Below are positions 25,937 through 34,948 of a DNA stretch of 64,000 bases, in pieces (position 1 is the stretch's first letter; each line of letters begins with the position of its first letter). The notes below the pieces were generated by a model. The model was not told where the DNA came from and ran no database searches. It was given only the letters and a program-made list of their open reading frames with translations. This stretch comes from Flavobacteriales bacterium (GTDB taxonomy: Bacteria; Bacteroidota; Bacteroidia; Flavobacteriales_D; CAJJDF01), in contig CBFHHA010000009.1 in assembly GCA_965655625.1 (NCBI GenBank), forward strand, positions 895 through 64,894, in the 5' to 3' direction. The position numbers and the translations under genes were made by a program.

Positions 25937-27694
25937 TTACATTTTTGAAGGAACTTCAATTCCCAACAAACTCATCGTAAAACGAACGGTATCTGCCACT
26001 TTCTCTGTCAACAACAAACGTAAATTTTGTTTGGCTTTATTCTCTTCTTTAAAAATAGAAACTGATTGATAAAACGAATTGTACAATTTCACTAATTCAT
26101 AAGTGTAATTTGCCAAGATCGCGGGACTGTAGGTTTTTCCTGCCTCTTTTATCGTTTCGGGTAAGTCCAAGAGATGTTTAATTATATCAATTTCACTTTT
26201 TTCGGCATCAATATCTAGCTGAAACGATTTTAGGTCTCCCTGTTCTTTGTTGATAATAGACTGAGTTCTTGCGTAGGTGTACTGAATAAATGGCCCTGTA
26301 TTTCCATTCAAATCTATCGATTCTTCGGGGTTGAACATCATGGATTTTTTTGGATCTACTTTCAGTAAATAGTACTTTAATCCTCCCAATCCTATTTGCT
26401 CAAATAGTTTTGTCAACTGCTCTTCACCCAGGTTTTCAATTTGTCCTCTTTCTTCAGTAATTTCTTTGGCATCCTGTATTACTTCCGCCATCAAATCATC
26501 TGCATCCACCACGGTTCCCTCTCTCGATTTCATTTTTCCGGTTGGTAGATTCACCATTCCGTATGAGAGATGAAAACATTCATCCGCAAAAGGATACCCC
26601 AGTTTCTTTAAAATAGTGAATAACACTTTAAAATGATGTTCTTGTTCATTTCCAACCGTATATATCATTCCAACGGTGTTTGGAAAATCCTTAAATCGCT
26701 TGACAGCCGTTCCCACATCTTGGGTCATGTAAACTGAAGTACCGTCTCCTCTCAAAAGTAATTTGTCGTCCATTTTTTCGTCCGACAGATCGCACCAAAC
26801 TGAGCCATCCTCTTTTTTGTACAACAGTCCTTTGGATAGTCCTTCTTCTACAATATCTTTCCCTAAAATATACGTGTCACTTTCGTAATACAAGGAATCA
26901 AAATCAACCCCCATTGTGTTGTAAGTAACATCAAATCCATCGTAAACCCATGAGTTCATCTTCTGCCACAATTCCACTACTTCGGTATCTCCTTCCTCCC
27001 ATTTTCTCAACATTTCTTGAGCCTGGATAAGAATTGACGCTTCTTTTTCTGCCTGTTCTTTCTCTACTCCCTTTGCTACGAGGTCTTGTATTTCTTCTTT
27101 GTATTTCTTATCAAAAGCTACGTAATATTTTCCAACCAATTTATCCCCTTTCAATCCAGAAGAATTGGGTGTTTCTCCTTCTCCAAATAATTGCCAAGCA
27201 AGCATAGACTTACAAATATGAATTCCTCGGTCGTTTATGATTTGAGTTTTTACTACTTCATGTCCATTTGCTTTGAGGATATTGGCAACAGAAAAACCCA
27301 AAAATATATTCCGTAAATGCCCCAAATGAAGAGGTTTATTTGTGTTAGGAGAGGAATATTCAACGATAAAAGTTTTGTTCGATTTTTCAAGCACGCCATA
27401 GTTTGAGTTGCCCAGTATTGACTTAAATTGATTTAGCCAATAGAAGGTGCTAATTTCTAGGTTCAAAAACCCTTTGACTACATTAAATCCTTGAACAAAA
27501 TCAAGTTCTTGGGTTAAAAACTTCCCGATTACCTCTCCTGACTCTTCTGGATTTTTTTTGGTAATTCTCAACAAAGGAAAAACTACTAGGGTTACATCTC
27601 CTTCAAAGTCAGATTTAGTTTTTTGAAGTTGAATTAAATTATCCGAAATCTCTGGATAAAGTTCCTTTAGTTTATTTCCTATTATTTCCTGCAT
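25937..27694 (-). CDS. argS: Arginine--tRNA ligase
   Basis: 585 aa with SSPNTNKPLHLGHLRN (HIGH-type motif), GKMKSREG, and a C-terminal anticodon-binding end (LGIEVPSKM). Confidence 0.95.
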   Translation of the reverse strand: MQEIIGNKLKELYPEISDNLIQLQKTKSDFEGDVTLVVFPLLRITKKNPEESGEVIGKFLTQELDFVQGFNVVKGFLNLEISTFYWLNQFKSILGNSNYGVLEKSNKTFIVEYSSPNTNKPLHLGHLRNIFLGFSVANILKANGHEVVKTQIINDRGIHICKSMLAWQLFGEGETPNSSGLKGDKLVGKYYVAFDKKYKEEIQDLVAKGVEKEQAEKEASILIQAQEMLRKWEEGDTEVVELWQKMNSWVYDGFDVTYNTMGVDFDSLYYESDTYILGKDIVEEGLSKGLLYKKEDGSVWCDLSDEKMDDKLLLRGDGTSVYMTQDVGTAVKRFKDFPNTVGMIYTVGNEQEHHFKVLFTILKKLGYPFADECFHLSYGMVNLPTGKMKSREGTVVDADDLMAEVIQDAKEITEERGQIENLGEEQLTKLFEQIGLGGLKYYLLKVDPKKSMMFNPEESIDLNGNTGPFIQYTYARTQSIINKEQGDLKSFQLDIDAEKSEIDIIKHLLDLPETIKEAGKTYSPAILANYTYELVKLYNSFYQSVSIFKEENKAKQNLRLLLTEKVADTVRFTMSLLGIEVPSKM

Positions 27695-27718
27695 GCTAAT
27701 GGATTATATTTAGAGCCA

Positions 27719-27726
27719 CAAAGATA
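27719..27726 (-). promoter_or_regulatory. Candidate -7 promoter box (TAtcTTTG on the minus strand) for argS
   Basis: The reverse complement reads TATCTTTG, 24 nt upstream of the argS ATG (27692-27694). Confidence 0.4.
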
Positions 27727-27775
27727 CAATTTGTAAACTAGATAGAGCAATATAGGACACAAGGATTTTTTGTGT

Positions 27776-27811
27776 AAAAAAAAATCTCCTTTGCACAGAT
27801 GCAAAGGAGAT
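27776..27811 (-). terminator. Rho-independent terminator after the T9SS cargo gene 27836-29380
   Basis: 12-bp perfect stem ATCTCCTTTGCA / TGCAAAGGAGAT with loop CAGA. On the minus strand it is followed by a T9 run (the A-run at 27776-27784 on plus). Confidence 0.8.
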
Positions 27812-27835
27812 TTCTCTATTTCTATCAAAACCTAT

Positions 27836-29380
27836 TTATCTAAACAAAGAAAGAGGGAAGTTTTGTGTTACTTCTTTTCCTCCATAAAACCCTTGGAGGA
27901 CAACAAAGTAGGTTCCTTCTGATAATTTGGTTCCGTTTTGATCAGTTCCATCCCAAGTAAATTTGGCGTCATCAGATTCGAATACGATTTGACCCCACCT
28001 ATTGTATACTCGAATGTTCAACGCATCATAACATCTGTCGTAAGCATCTTTTTTCAAATAAAACAAATCATTGATTCCATCGTCATTTGGAGAAAATACG
28101 TTGGGTACATTGTACGAATAAGGATCTCTTTTTATTGGCACTGACACTCTTCTTGACACCGTATCTTTACTCCCATCACAACCTAAAGAATATCCCAAGG
28201 CCTCGATGTAAAAACTATCAACACTCAGTATCTCACAGTTGTTCACATCCCAGCAAAATCTTGCTCCTACTTTACCTATTCCTTCAAAAGTGGTTGAACT
28301 CAACTTTCTCACGTTGGTTACATGAGCAGTATCAACTGCACCTGTAGTTGCGTCTTCCCATTCAAATATATAACTCCCGCCTGTTTGTGCTGGTAAAGTA
28401 GCTACAGCTCCAAACTGATAAGCATTAGAGGTAAGCTGTAAATAAAAGGTATCTGTACCATTTGGATCATTCGCTACAAAATCAATACATCTTTCTTCAT
28501 CAAATTCAAAAATACTAGTTGTTGCAAAGTTTTCTAACACTGGTTTGATATTAAATCTACAGTTCAATGCAGAATATTGAATATCTCTTACAACTTCTCC
28601 AATCTTAACTCCTCCTCTAAATTCTTCACATTTTACAGCTACTACGTACAGTCCTAACTGAGCCGGTCGTGCGGTTACAATTCCAGTAGCAGGGTTGATT
28701 ACACACAAACTCCCTGGACCTAAAATATTCAACAAATTAAAACCAGCGTTCCACGCTGTCAGAGTAAATGGTCTTGTTCCTCCTGCAGAAGTGGCATCAA
28801 AAGGGTTTATTAAGCTATACCTCAAACTATCTCCATCTAGATCGGTACAGGAGAAATCGATTAGTTTGTTGTTTCCAATACAAAAATATCCGTCCCGAGG
28901 GTATTGAACAAACTGAGGACTGGAATTTCCACCAACAATTGCCGAACTAGGTCCACTCGCATACCATACATTTCCGGAACTTGCTACATTGACCAACGGT
29001 CCATTTCTACAACAAGTTGTCCATGTAACATATACTCCATTTGGATTTGCAGGAATTGAAACAGTTCCTGAATAATAATGAGCTTCTACACAAAGTCCCG
29101 GAGGAGTGTAACATTCATCACCAAATACAAGGCTCACTGTGGAATCTTTATTTGCAGTAAATGTTGTGATTGTAGCATTGGTTACGTTATCTAGAATTCT
29201 AGCATTTGTCAAAGAAGCTGGAACAGCAATACCTGAACAATACCTAAAAAACCGAAACACAACTGTATATTGTGTTGGACCCGTTTGTATAAATCTTGTA
29301 TCCCCGCCTACACCGTGCGAGGCACTAGACTGTGAGGAAAACCCTATAAAAAGGATAAGTATTAATAATATTTTCTTCAT
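27836..29380 (-). CDS. Secreted protein with T9SS type-B (gliding-motility-associated / CHU_C) C-terminal sorting domain
   Basis: I use ATG 29380, which gives the signal peptide MKKILLILILFIGFSSQSSA. The C-terminus VPNVFSPNDDGINDLFYL...WDGTDQNGTKLSEGTYFVVLQ matches the type-B CTD pattern. Confidence 0.8.
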   Translation of the reverse strand: MKKILLILILFIGFSSQSSASHGVGGDTRFIQTGPTQYTVVFRFFRYCSGIAVPASLTNARILDNVTNATITTFTANKDSTVSLVFGDECYTPPGLCVEAHYYSGTVSIPANPNGVYVTWTTCCRNGPLVNVASSGNVWYASGPSSAIVGGNSSPQFVQYPRDGYFCIGNNKLIDFSCTDLDGDSLRYSLINPFDATSAGGTRPFTLTAWNAGFNLLNILGPGSLCVINPATGIVTARPAQLGLYVVAVKCEEFRGGVKIGEVVRDIQYSALNCRFNIKPVLENFATTSIFEFDEERCIDFVANDPNGTDTFYLQLTSNAYQFGAVATLPAQTGGSYIFEWEDATTGAVDTAHVTNVRKLSSTTFEGIGKVGARFCWDVNNCEILSVDSFYIEALGYSLGCDGSKDTVSRRVSVPIKRDPYSYNVPNVFSPNDDGINDLFYLKKDAYDRCYDALNIRVYNRWGQIVFESDDAKFTWDGTDQNGTKLSEGTYFVVLQGFYGGKEVTQNFPLSLFR

Positions 29381-29508
29381 GTTGTTAATTTTACGACAAT
29401 ATAGTGAAAAAATGAAAAACACTTCGAATTTAAAAAAGAAAAAAAATCAACAATCCAGCTAAAAATCTTCAAAAGTTCAAAAGTCCCTAAATTTAAAACT
29501 AATAATAA

Positions 29509-30528
29509 CTAGTAAACATTCACTTCTCTTTCTAACAAAACATCAAAAGTTTCCTCCACTGACTTTATAATTTTTGAAGATAATTTGTAGATATCTTCTC
29601 CTTTGCTTCCCCCATAATTGACCAAAACTAAGGCTTGATTTTTATGGACACCAAATTCACCAATTGTTTTTCCTTTCCAGCCAAGTTGATCTATTAACCA
29701 ACCTGCGGCAATCTTAACTGAACCATCTAATTGGGGGTAATGCGCCACTTCCGGAAATTTAGTTTGAAGGCTTTCGAATGCCTTTTTACTTATCACTGGA
29801 TTCTTGAAGAAACTCCCTGCGTTGCCAATTTCTTTTGGATCGGGCAATTTACTCGATCTTATAGCAATTACCGCTTCACTAATTGCTTTTACAGTTGGTT
29901 CATTCACCCCCATTTTTTTTAATTGAGCTTCAATCGCTCCATACCGAGTATTCAAAACTGGTTCTTTTTGCAATCTATAAGTAACAGAGGTAATTACGTA
30001 TTTTCCTTTGTGAGAATTCTTAAAAACACTTTCTCTGTAACCAAATTTACACGCTTTATTATCAAAAACTTCTAATTCAAGAGTTTGTAAATTTAGTGCT
30101 TCTAATGATTCAAAAACGTCTTTTATTTCCGCACCATAAGCACCAATATTTTGCATTGGACTTGCTCCGACATTACCAGGTATTAATGATAAATTCTCTA
30201 AACCTCCTAAATTTTTCTCTACGCAATATAACACAAACTGATGCCAGTTTTCACCTGCACCAACTTGAATACAAACCTCCTCCTCTGTTTCCTGCACAAT
30301 CCTTTTTCCAAGGATTTCGTTTTTTAATACGACACCTTTAAAGTTTTTTGTAAAGAGCATATTACTTCCTCCTCCAATAATTAATTGTGGCTTGCCCTTT
30401 GCTGATGGATGAACTAAAATTTTTGTTAAATCTGATAAGGAAGAGAATGTACAAAAAACTTCTGCTTCAACTGGCACTCCGAAAGTTGTAAACTCTTGAA
30501 TAGATTTATTATATTCGAACTGAATCAA
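29509..30528 (-). CDS. murB: UDP-N-acetylmuramate dehydrogenase
   Basis: 339 aa with an FAD-binding region (IIGGGSNMLF) and a MurB C-terminal pattern (AGSFFKNP, AAGWLIDQ). Confidence 0.9.
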   Translation of the reverse strand: MIQFEYNKSIQEFTTFGVPVEAEVFCTFSSLSDLTKILVHPSAKGKPQLIIGGGSNMLFTKNFKGVVLKNEILGKRIVQETEEEVCIQVGAGENWHQFVLYCVEKNLGGLENLSLIPGNVGASPMQNIGAYGAEIKDVFESLEALNLQTLELEVFDNKACKFGYRESVFKNSHKGKYVITSVTYRLQKEPVLNTRYGAIEAQLKKMGVNEPTVKAISEAVIAIRSSKLPDPKEIGNAGSFFKNPVISKKAFESLQTKFPEVAHYPQLDGSVKIAAGWLIDQLGWKGKTIGEFGVHKNQALVLVNYGGSKGEDIYKLSSKIIKSVEETFDVLLEREVNVY

Positions 30529-30630
30529 TTTTATGTGATTTTTTATTTAGTCGAAAAATACAATTTTTTTTATTGAATAAGACATCCAGCTTGGTTTTTA
30601 ATACGTACTAAAGGCAAGAAAAAGTCCTGA

Positions 30631-33600
30631 ATGAAAAATTGTGCATCCTTCTTAATTATCTTGGTTACCCTGATACTTTTATCGCATACAGGGAGAGGAC
30701 AGGATAGTGGGCATACATTTCTTTTTAAAGAAAACAAAGGGCAATGGAATCCAAAAGTGTTATTCAAAACGAACCTGTTGGATGGAGCGATGTTCTTAGA
30801 AAAAAAAGGTATTACTTATCATTTTATAGATAAATCTTATGTGAGAGAAAGCCACACAAACAAAAACTATATTTTTCCCGATTCGATACATGGACATGTC
30901 GTAAAAGTAAATTTTCTTGGCGCGAACAATAATCCTGCCATCCATTCCTCTCGAAAGGCTCCTCACTACGAAAATTATTTTATTGGAAACGATTCTTCTC
31001 GTTGGGCATCAAATGTGAGAATTTATAACGAAGTTTTATACTCGGAAATGTACCCAAATATTGATTTTAAAATATATGAAAGGGAAACAAACATGAAGTA
31101 CGACTTTATTGTAAAGCCTGGTGGTAAAACCAAAGATATTTCCATAGAGTATGAAGGAGCCGACAGATTATTTGTGAAAAATGACAATTTGTATGTTCAA
31201 ACCTCGATTTCGGATATTATCGAAAATAAACCATTCGCCTATCAAATAATTGAGGGTAAAAAAACTGAAGTTCCCTGTTTTTTTAAAGTAAGAAAAAACA
31301 AAGTGAAGTTTTCTTTTCCGGAAGGATATGACAAAAAGCACTCATTGATAATTGATCCATTTCTTGTTTTTAGTTCATATTCAGGATCAACATCTGATAA
31401 TTTCGGTTTCACAGCAACATATGATACACTTGGACATACTTATGCGGGAGGTATTGTTTTTGGTACGGGCTATCCTACAACCGTAGGAGCTTATGATTCA
31501 ACTTTCAGTGGACTTTCCACAACTCCCGTGGACATGGGAATTACAAAATTCAATTTGTCTGGTACCGGACTATTATACTCCACCTACATTGGAGGCTCTG
31601 GTGATGATGCTCCGCATAGTTTAGTAACGAATGATGCTGGCGAACTCTATATATTTGGGAGTACCAGCTCCAATAATTTTCCAACAACAGCGGGTTGTTA
31701 CGACAATAGTTTTAACGGAGGCTCTAATTTAAGTTTTTCACTTAACGGAACCGGCATGCAATATTTCCTGGGGTCCGATGCGGTAGTTGTAAAACTAAAT
31801 TCTACTGGAAGTGCAATGCTCGGATCTACGTATGTGGGAGGATCAGATAATGACGCCATCTCTATTTTTGGTGGATTAAATCGAAACTATGGAGATGAAT
31901 TTAGAGGAGAAATTATTTTAGATGCTGCAAACAACTGTATTATAGCAACTAATACAAACTCAAGTAATTTTCCTGTAGTGGGAGGTTTAACCTCTCGAGG
32001 GGGAAGTTCTGACGGAATTGTAATGAAACTTAATTCAAATTTAACTTCATTATTGTGGAGTACGCATCTAGGAGGATCTCTCGTTGATGCGGCATACGGG
32101 GTTCAACAAGATGCCGCAGGAAATACATTTGTGGTGGGGGGAACAACAAGTGCAAATCTAATTTCGGCTCAAAATACCCATGGTGGCGGAGTGGATGGAT
32201 TCATAGCAAAATATAGTCCGACCAATGTTTTACTTACTTCCCGATATGTAGGGACAAGTTTGTATGACCAATCTTATTTTGTGCAAGTAGACCAAACAGA
32301 TTCCATATACATCTATGGCCAATCTTTGGGGGCAATGCCTGTGACAACGGGAAAATACAACAACGCAGGAAGCCATCAATTTATTCAGAAATTCAATAAC
32401 ACTCTCACCACCTTAAACTTCAGCACCGTATTTGGAACAGGAAATACTACTATCGATATTTCACCTTCGGCCTTTTTGGTAAACGATTGTGGACTCATAT
32501 ATATGAGTGGATGGGGAGGATCCGTTAATGGATCCAGTTCCACAACAACTGGCATGCCGATATCACCAGGTGCTTTTCAAACAACTACGACTGGGAGTGA
32601 TTTTTACCTAATGGTTCTGGATAAAAATGCAGTCAGCTTGAATTACGCAACTTTTTTTGGTGGAAGTGTAACCGCGGAGCATGTTGATGGAGGTACGAGT
32701 AGATTTGATAAAAAAGGAAATGTGTACCAAGCTGTATGTGCCGGATGTGGAGGAAGGAATGACTTTCCTACCTCAACAGGGGCCTACTCCACAACCAATG
32801 GCAGCACAAATTGCAATCTTGGCGTGTTCAAATTTAATATCAATGAAATAAAGGCGATTGCCAGTGTTCCTTCTGTTATTATCTGTTATCCCAATGCTGC
32901 GATCTTTGGAAATAACAGTAGAAACGGCAATACATTTCACTGGGATTTTGGTGATGGAAACTCAAGCTCAGCCTTTGCTCCCTCTCACAATTACAGTTCA
33001 GCAGGCCTATACAATGTGGTACTTACTGTTTCAGACTCTACGGGCTGTATCAAGCCGGATACAGCATCTATCACTGTCAACGTGTTTGATCCTGCAGCGG
33101 CAATTATTACTTCTGACACATCTATTTGTCCAAATACTTCTTTACAATTAAATGCGTCTGGCGGAACCAATTATGTTTGGAGCCCGGCAGCTACCTTGAA
33201 TAATCCATTTATTGCCAATCCAATAGCCTCACCCACTGGTCCAACAACCTACCAAGTAATTGTTACAAATCCTTGCGGAACCGACACCTCTTGGGTGAAT
33301 GTTGGGATTCATACTATTTCCACCTCAACTTCAAAAGACACGACCATTTGCAATGGTGATACAACACAGATTTTTGCAACCGGAGGAGGAAGCTATTCTT
33401 GGAATCCTAGCACCAATATAGTAAATGGGAGTAGTGCGAGTCCCAGCGTTTTTCCATCGACCACAACTCAATACAATGTAGCCATAACTACTCCAGAAGG
33501 CTGTCCCGCAGCTGACAGCATCCTTGTTTCAGTAATAGACATCCCTCAGCCCGTTCTGTCAGATGACGATTCAATTTGTAAAGGTTCTTCCATTCAACTA

Positions 33601-34491
33601 ATAGCTTCAGGGGCAGACTCTTATTCTTGGACTCCGGTTCAGGATATTAATACATCGACTGGTACAAATGTCGTTGCTTCTCCTACCACGACTACTACCT
33701 ATTTTGTTGATTTTACAAATCGGTGTGCAACCTTGCGGGATAGTGTTATAATTTTTGTCATCCAACCAGTAGCTGTTGCCTCTCCAAATGACACAATTTG
33801 TTTTAATGAAACCGCAGAGATTTGGGCCCAAGGAGGAGTTTCTTATTTGTGGTCACCTTCCATTTCTGTTAATTCTCCAAATAATGACACTACGGTTGTT
33901 GCGCCTGATTCTCCCACAACTTACCAAGTAATTGTGACAGATGCAAATGGATGCAGAGATACCGCTTTTACCACAATTGAATTCTCCCCTATCCCGACAA
34001 TTGATGCTGGAGAAAATCAACTTATCAACTTTGGAGAAGTGGCTAATTTATTTGCAACGAGTTCGGCAGGCAGATTCTTTTGGACATTTCACACAAGTTT
34101 AGCAGACACCACAAGTAAAACTACAACCGTTCAGCCCTCAAATACGACTAACTACATAGCAAATCTAATAGATCAATATGGATGCTTAGTTTCAGATACT
34201 GTTGTGATTTCATTGGATGGTAGTTTGTATGTACCTAATTCTTTCTCGCCAAACGGAGACGGAAAAAATGACGTGTTTCAGATTAGTGGTGAGGATATTA
34301 CCGAATTCAAATTATACATTTTTAATCGATGGGGAGAAGAAATCTTCCATTCAAACAGACTAGACAATGCATGGGACGGAACACATAAAGGAAAATTATC
34401 GCCAATAGATAGCTATGTGTGGAAAATAATTTATTCAGATGCTAACACTGCTCGGAAAGAAATATTCGGACATGTCAATTTGATTAAATAA
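30631..34491 (+). CDS. Giant secreted adhesin-like protein: beta-propeller (SBBP-like) repeats, PKD domain, five tandem Ig-like modules, T9SS type-B CTD
   Basis: It has a signal peptide and repeated G-rich propeller-like motifs (YSTYIGGSGDD, GSTYVGGSDND, STHLGGSLVD). It also has a PKD signature (WDFGDGNSS...YNVVLTVSD) and the C-terminus VPNSFSPNGDGKNDVFQI...WDGTHKG. Confidence 0.8.
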   Translation: MKNCASFLIILVTLILLSHTGRGQDSGHTFLFKENKGQWNPKVLFKTNLLDGAMFLEKKGITYHFIDKSYVRESHTNKNYIFPDSIHGHVVKVNFLGANNNPAIHSSRKAPHYENYFIGNDSSRWASNVRIYNEVLYSEMYPNIDFKIYERETNMKYDFIVKPGGKTKDISIEYEGADRLFVKNDNLYVQTSISDIIENKPFAYQIIEGKKTEVPCFFKVRKNKVKFSFPEGYDKKHSLIIDPFLVFSSYSGSTSDNFGFTATYDTLGHTYAGGIVFGTGYPTTVGAYDSTFSGLSTTPVDMGITKFNLSGTGLLYSTYIGGSGDDAPHSLVTNDAGELYIFGSTSSNNFPTTAGCYDNSFNGGSNLSFSLNGTGMQYFLGSDAVVVKLNSTGSAMLGSTYVGGSDNDAISIFGGLNRNYGDEFRGEIILDAANNCIIATNTNSSNFPVVGGLTSRGGSSDGIVMKLNSNLTSLLWSTHLGGSLVDAAYGVQQDAAGNTFVVGGTTSANLISAQNTHGGGVDGFIAKYSPTNVLLTSRYVGTSLYDQSYFVQVDQTDSIYIYGQSLGAMPVTTGKYNNAGSHQFIQKFNNTLTTLNFSTVFGTGNTTIDISPSAFLVNDCGLIYMSGWGGSVNGSSSTTTGMPISPGAFQTTTTGSDFYLMVLDKNAVSLNYATFFGGSVTAEHVDGGTSRFDKKGNVYQAVCAGCGGRNDFPTSTGAYSTTNGSTNCNLGVFKFNINEIKAIASVPSVIICYPNAAIFGNNSRNGNTFHWDFGDGNSSSAFAPSHNYSSAGLYNVVLTVSDSTGCIKPDTASITVNVFDPAAAIITSDTSICPNTSLQLNASGGTNYVWSPAATLNNPFIANPIASPTGPTTYQVIVTNPCGTDTSWVNVGIHTISTSTSKDTTICNGDTTQIFATGGGSYSWNPSTNIVNGSSASPSVFPSTTTQYNVAITTPEGCPAADSILVSVIDIPQPVLSDDDSICKGSSIQLIASGADSYSWTPVQDINTSTGTNVVASPTTTTTYFVDFTNRCATLRDSVIIFVIQPVAVASPNDTICFNETAEIWAQGGVSYLWSPSISVNSPNNDTTVVAPDSPTTYQVIVTDANGCRDTAFTTIEFSPIPTIDAGENQLINFGEVANLFATSSAGRFFWTFHTSLADTTSKTTTVQPSNTTNYIANLIDQYGCLVSDTVVISLDGSLYVPNSFSPNGDGKNDVFQISGEDITEFKLYIFNRWGEEIFHSNRLDNAWDGTHKGKLSPIDSYVWKIIYSDANTARKEIFGHVNLIK
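33103..34215 (+). repeat. Five tandem ~74-codon coding repeats (Cys-containing Ig-like modules) inside the giant adhesin gene
   Basis: The modules share the pattern D-[TS]-x-IC-x(4-6)-[LI]-x-A-x-G-[GA]-x-[SY]-Y-x-W-x-P...TTY-x-V...GC. They begin at ITSDTSICPN, TSKDTTICNG, LSDDDSICKG, ASPNDTICFN and IDAGENQLIN. Confidence 0.6.
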
Positions 34492-34938
34492 TCAGAGTTT
34501 CGGAATTTCTTGAAGATACTCGTAGGAGTTAGAGTCAAAATCAATTTTACATATAAAATGATTTAGGCCATTGGTTACTATTAAATAAGGTACACGCAAC
34601 GTCATATTGTAAGTTGCAATTTGAGAAAAAGTAGATTGAGAAATTTCTACTTCGGGAGCTTTGCATTCGATTAACACCAGGGGGTTTGCCTCTTTGTCAT
34701 AAACGAGGGCATCGAATCTTTTAACTCTATCATTTACTTTAATTTGTTTCTCAATTTTAATGTAGTTCTTGGAATATCCATGGTAATTAATAAGGAAATG
34801 AACAAAATGCTGCCTCACCCATTCCTCCGGAGTAAGAACAACATTTTTCTTCCTAATTACGTCATATATTAAAGTTCTATTCTCAGACTTTGAGAGCTGA
34901 GCATCAAATGGAGGCAAATTCAGTTCAATAAATTTCAA
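34492..34938 (-). CDS. Stand-alone HsdR-N-terminal-like (PD-(D/E)XK nuclease fold) domain protein
   Basis: 148 aa with a nuclease-core-like FDALVYD...PLVLIECKAPEV. No HsdM, HsdS or helicase domain is nearby. Its stop codon abuts the adhesin stop codon with a 0-nt gap. Confidence 0.6.
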   Translation of the reverse strand: MKFIELNLPPFDAQLSKSENRTLIYDVIRKKNVVLTPEEWVRQHFVHFLINYHGYSKNYIKIEKQIKVNDRVKRFDALVYDKEANPLVLIECKAPEVEISQSTFSQIATYNMTLRVPYLIVTNGLNHFICKIDFDSNSYEYLQEIPKL

Positions 34939-34948
34939 TTAAAAAAAA

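Noticed and set aside
30570-30767. 65-aa minus-strand ORF overlapping the start of the giant adhesin gene
   Set aside because: It overlaps the adhesin signal-peptide region in antisense. It has no independent support.
34492-34938. The HsdR-N-like ORF as evidence of a type I restriction-modification or defence island
   Set aside because: No HsdM, HsdS, helicase or other defence genes are anywhere nearby. The flanking genes are an adhesin, a secreted protein and surE.
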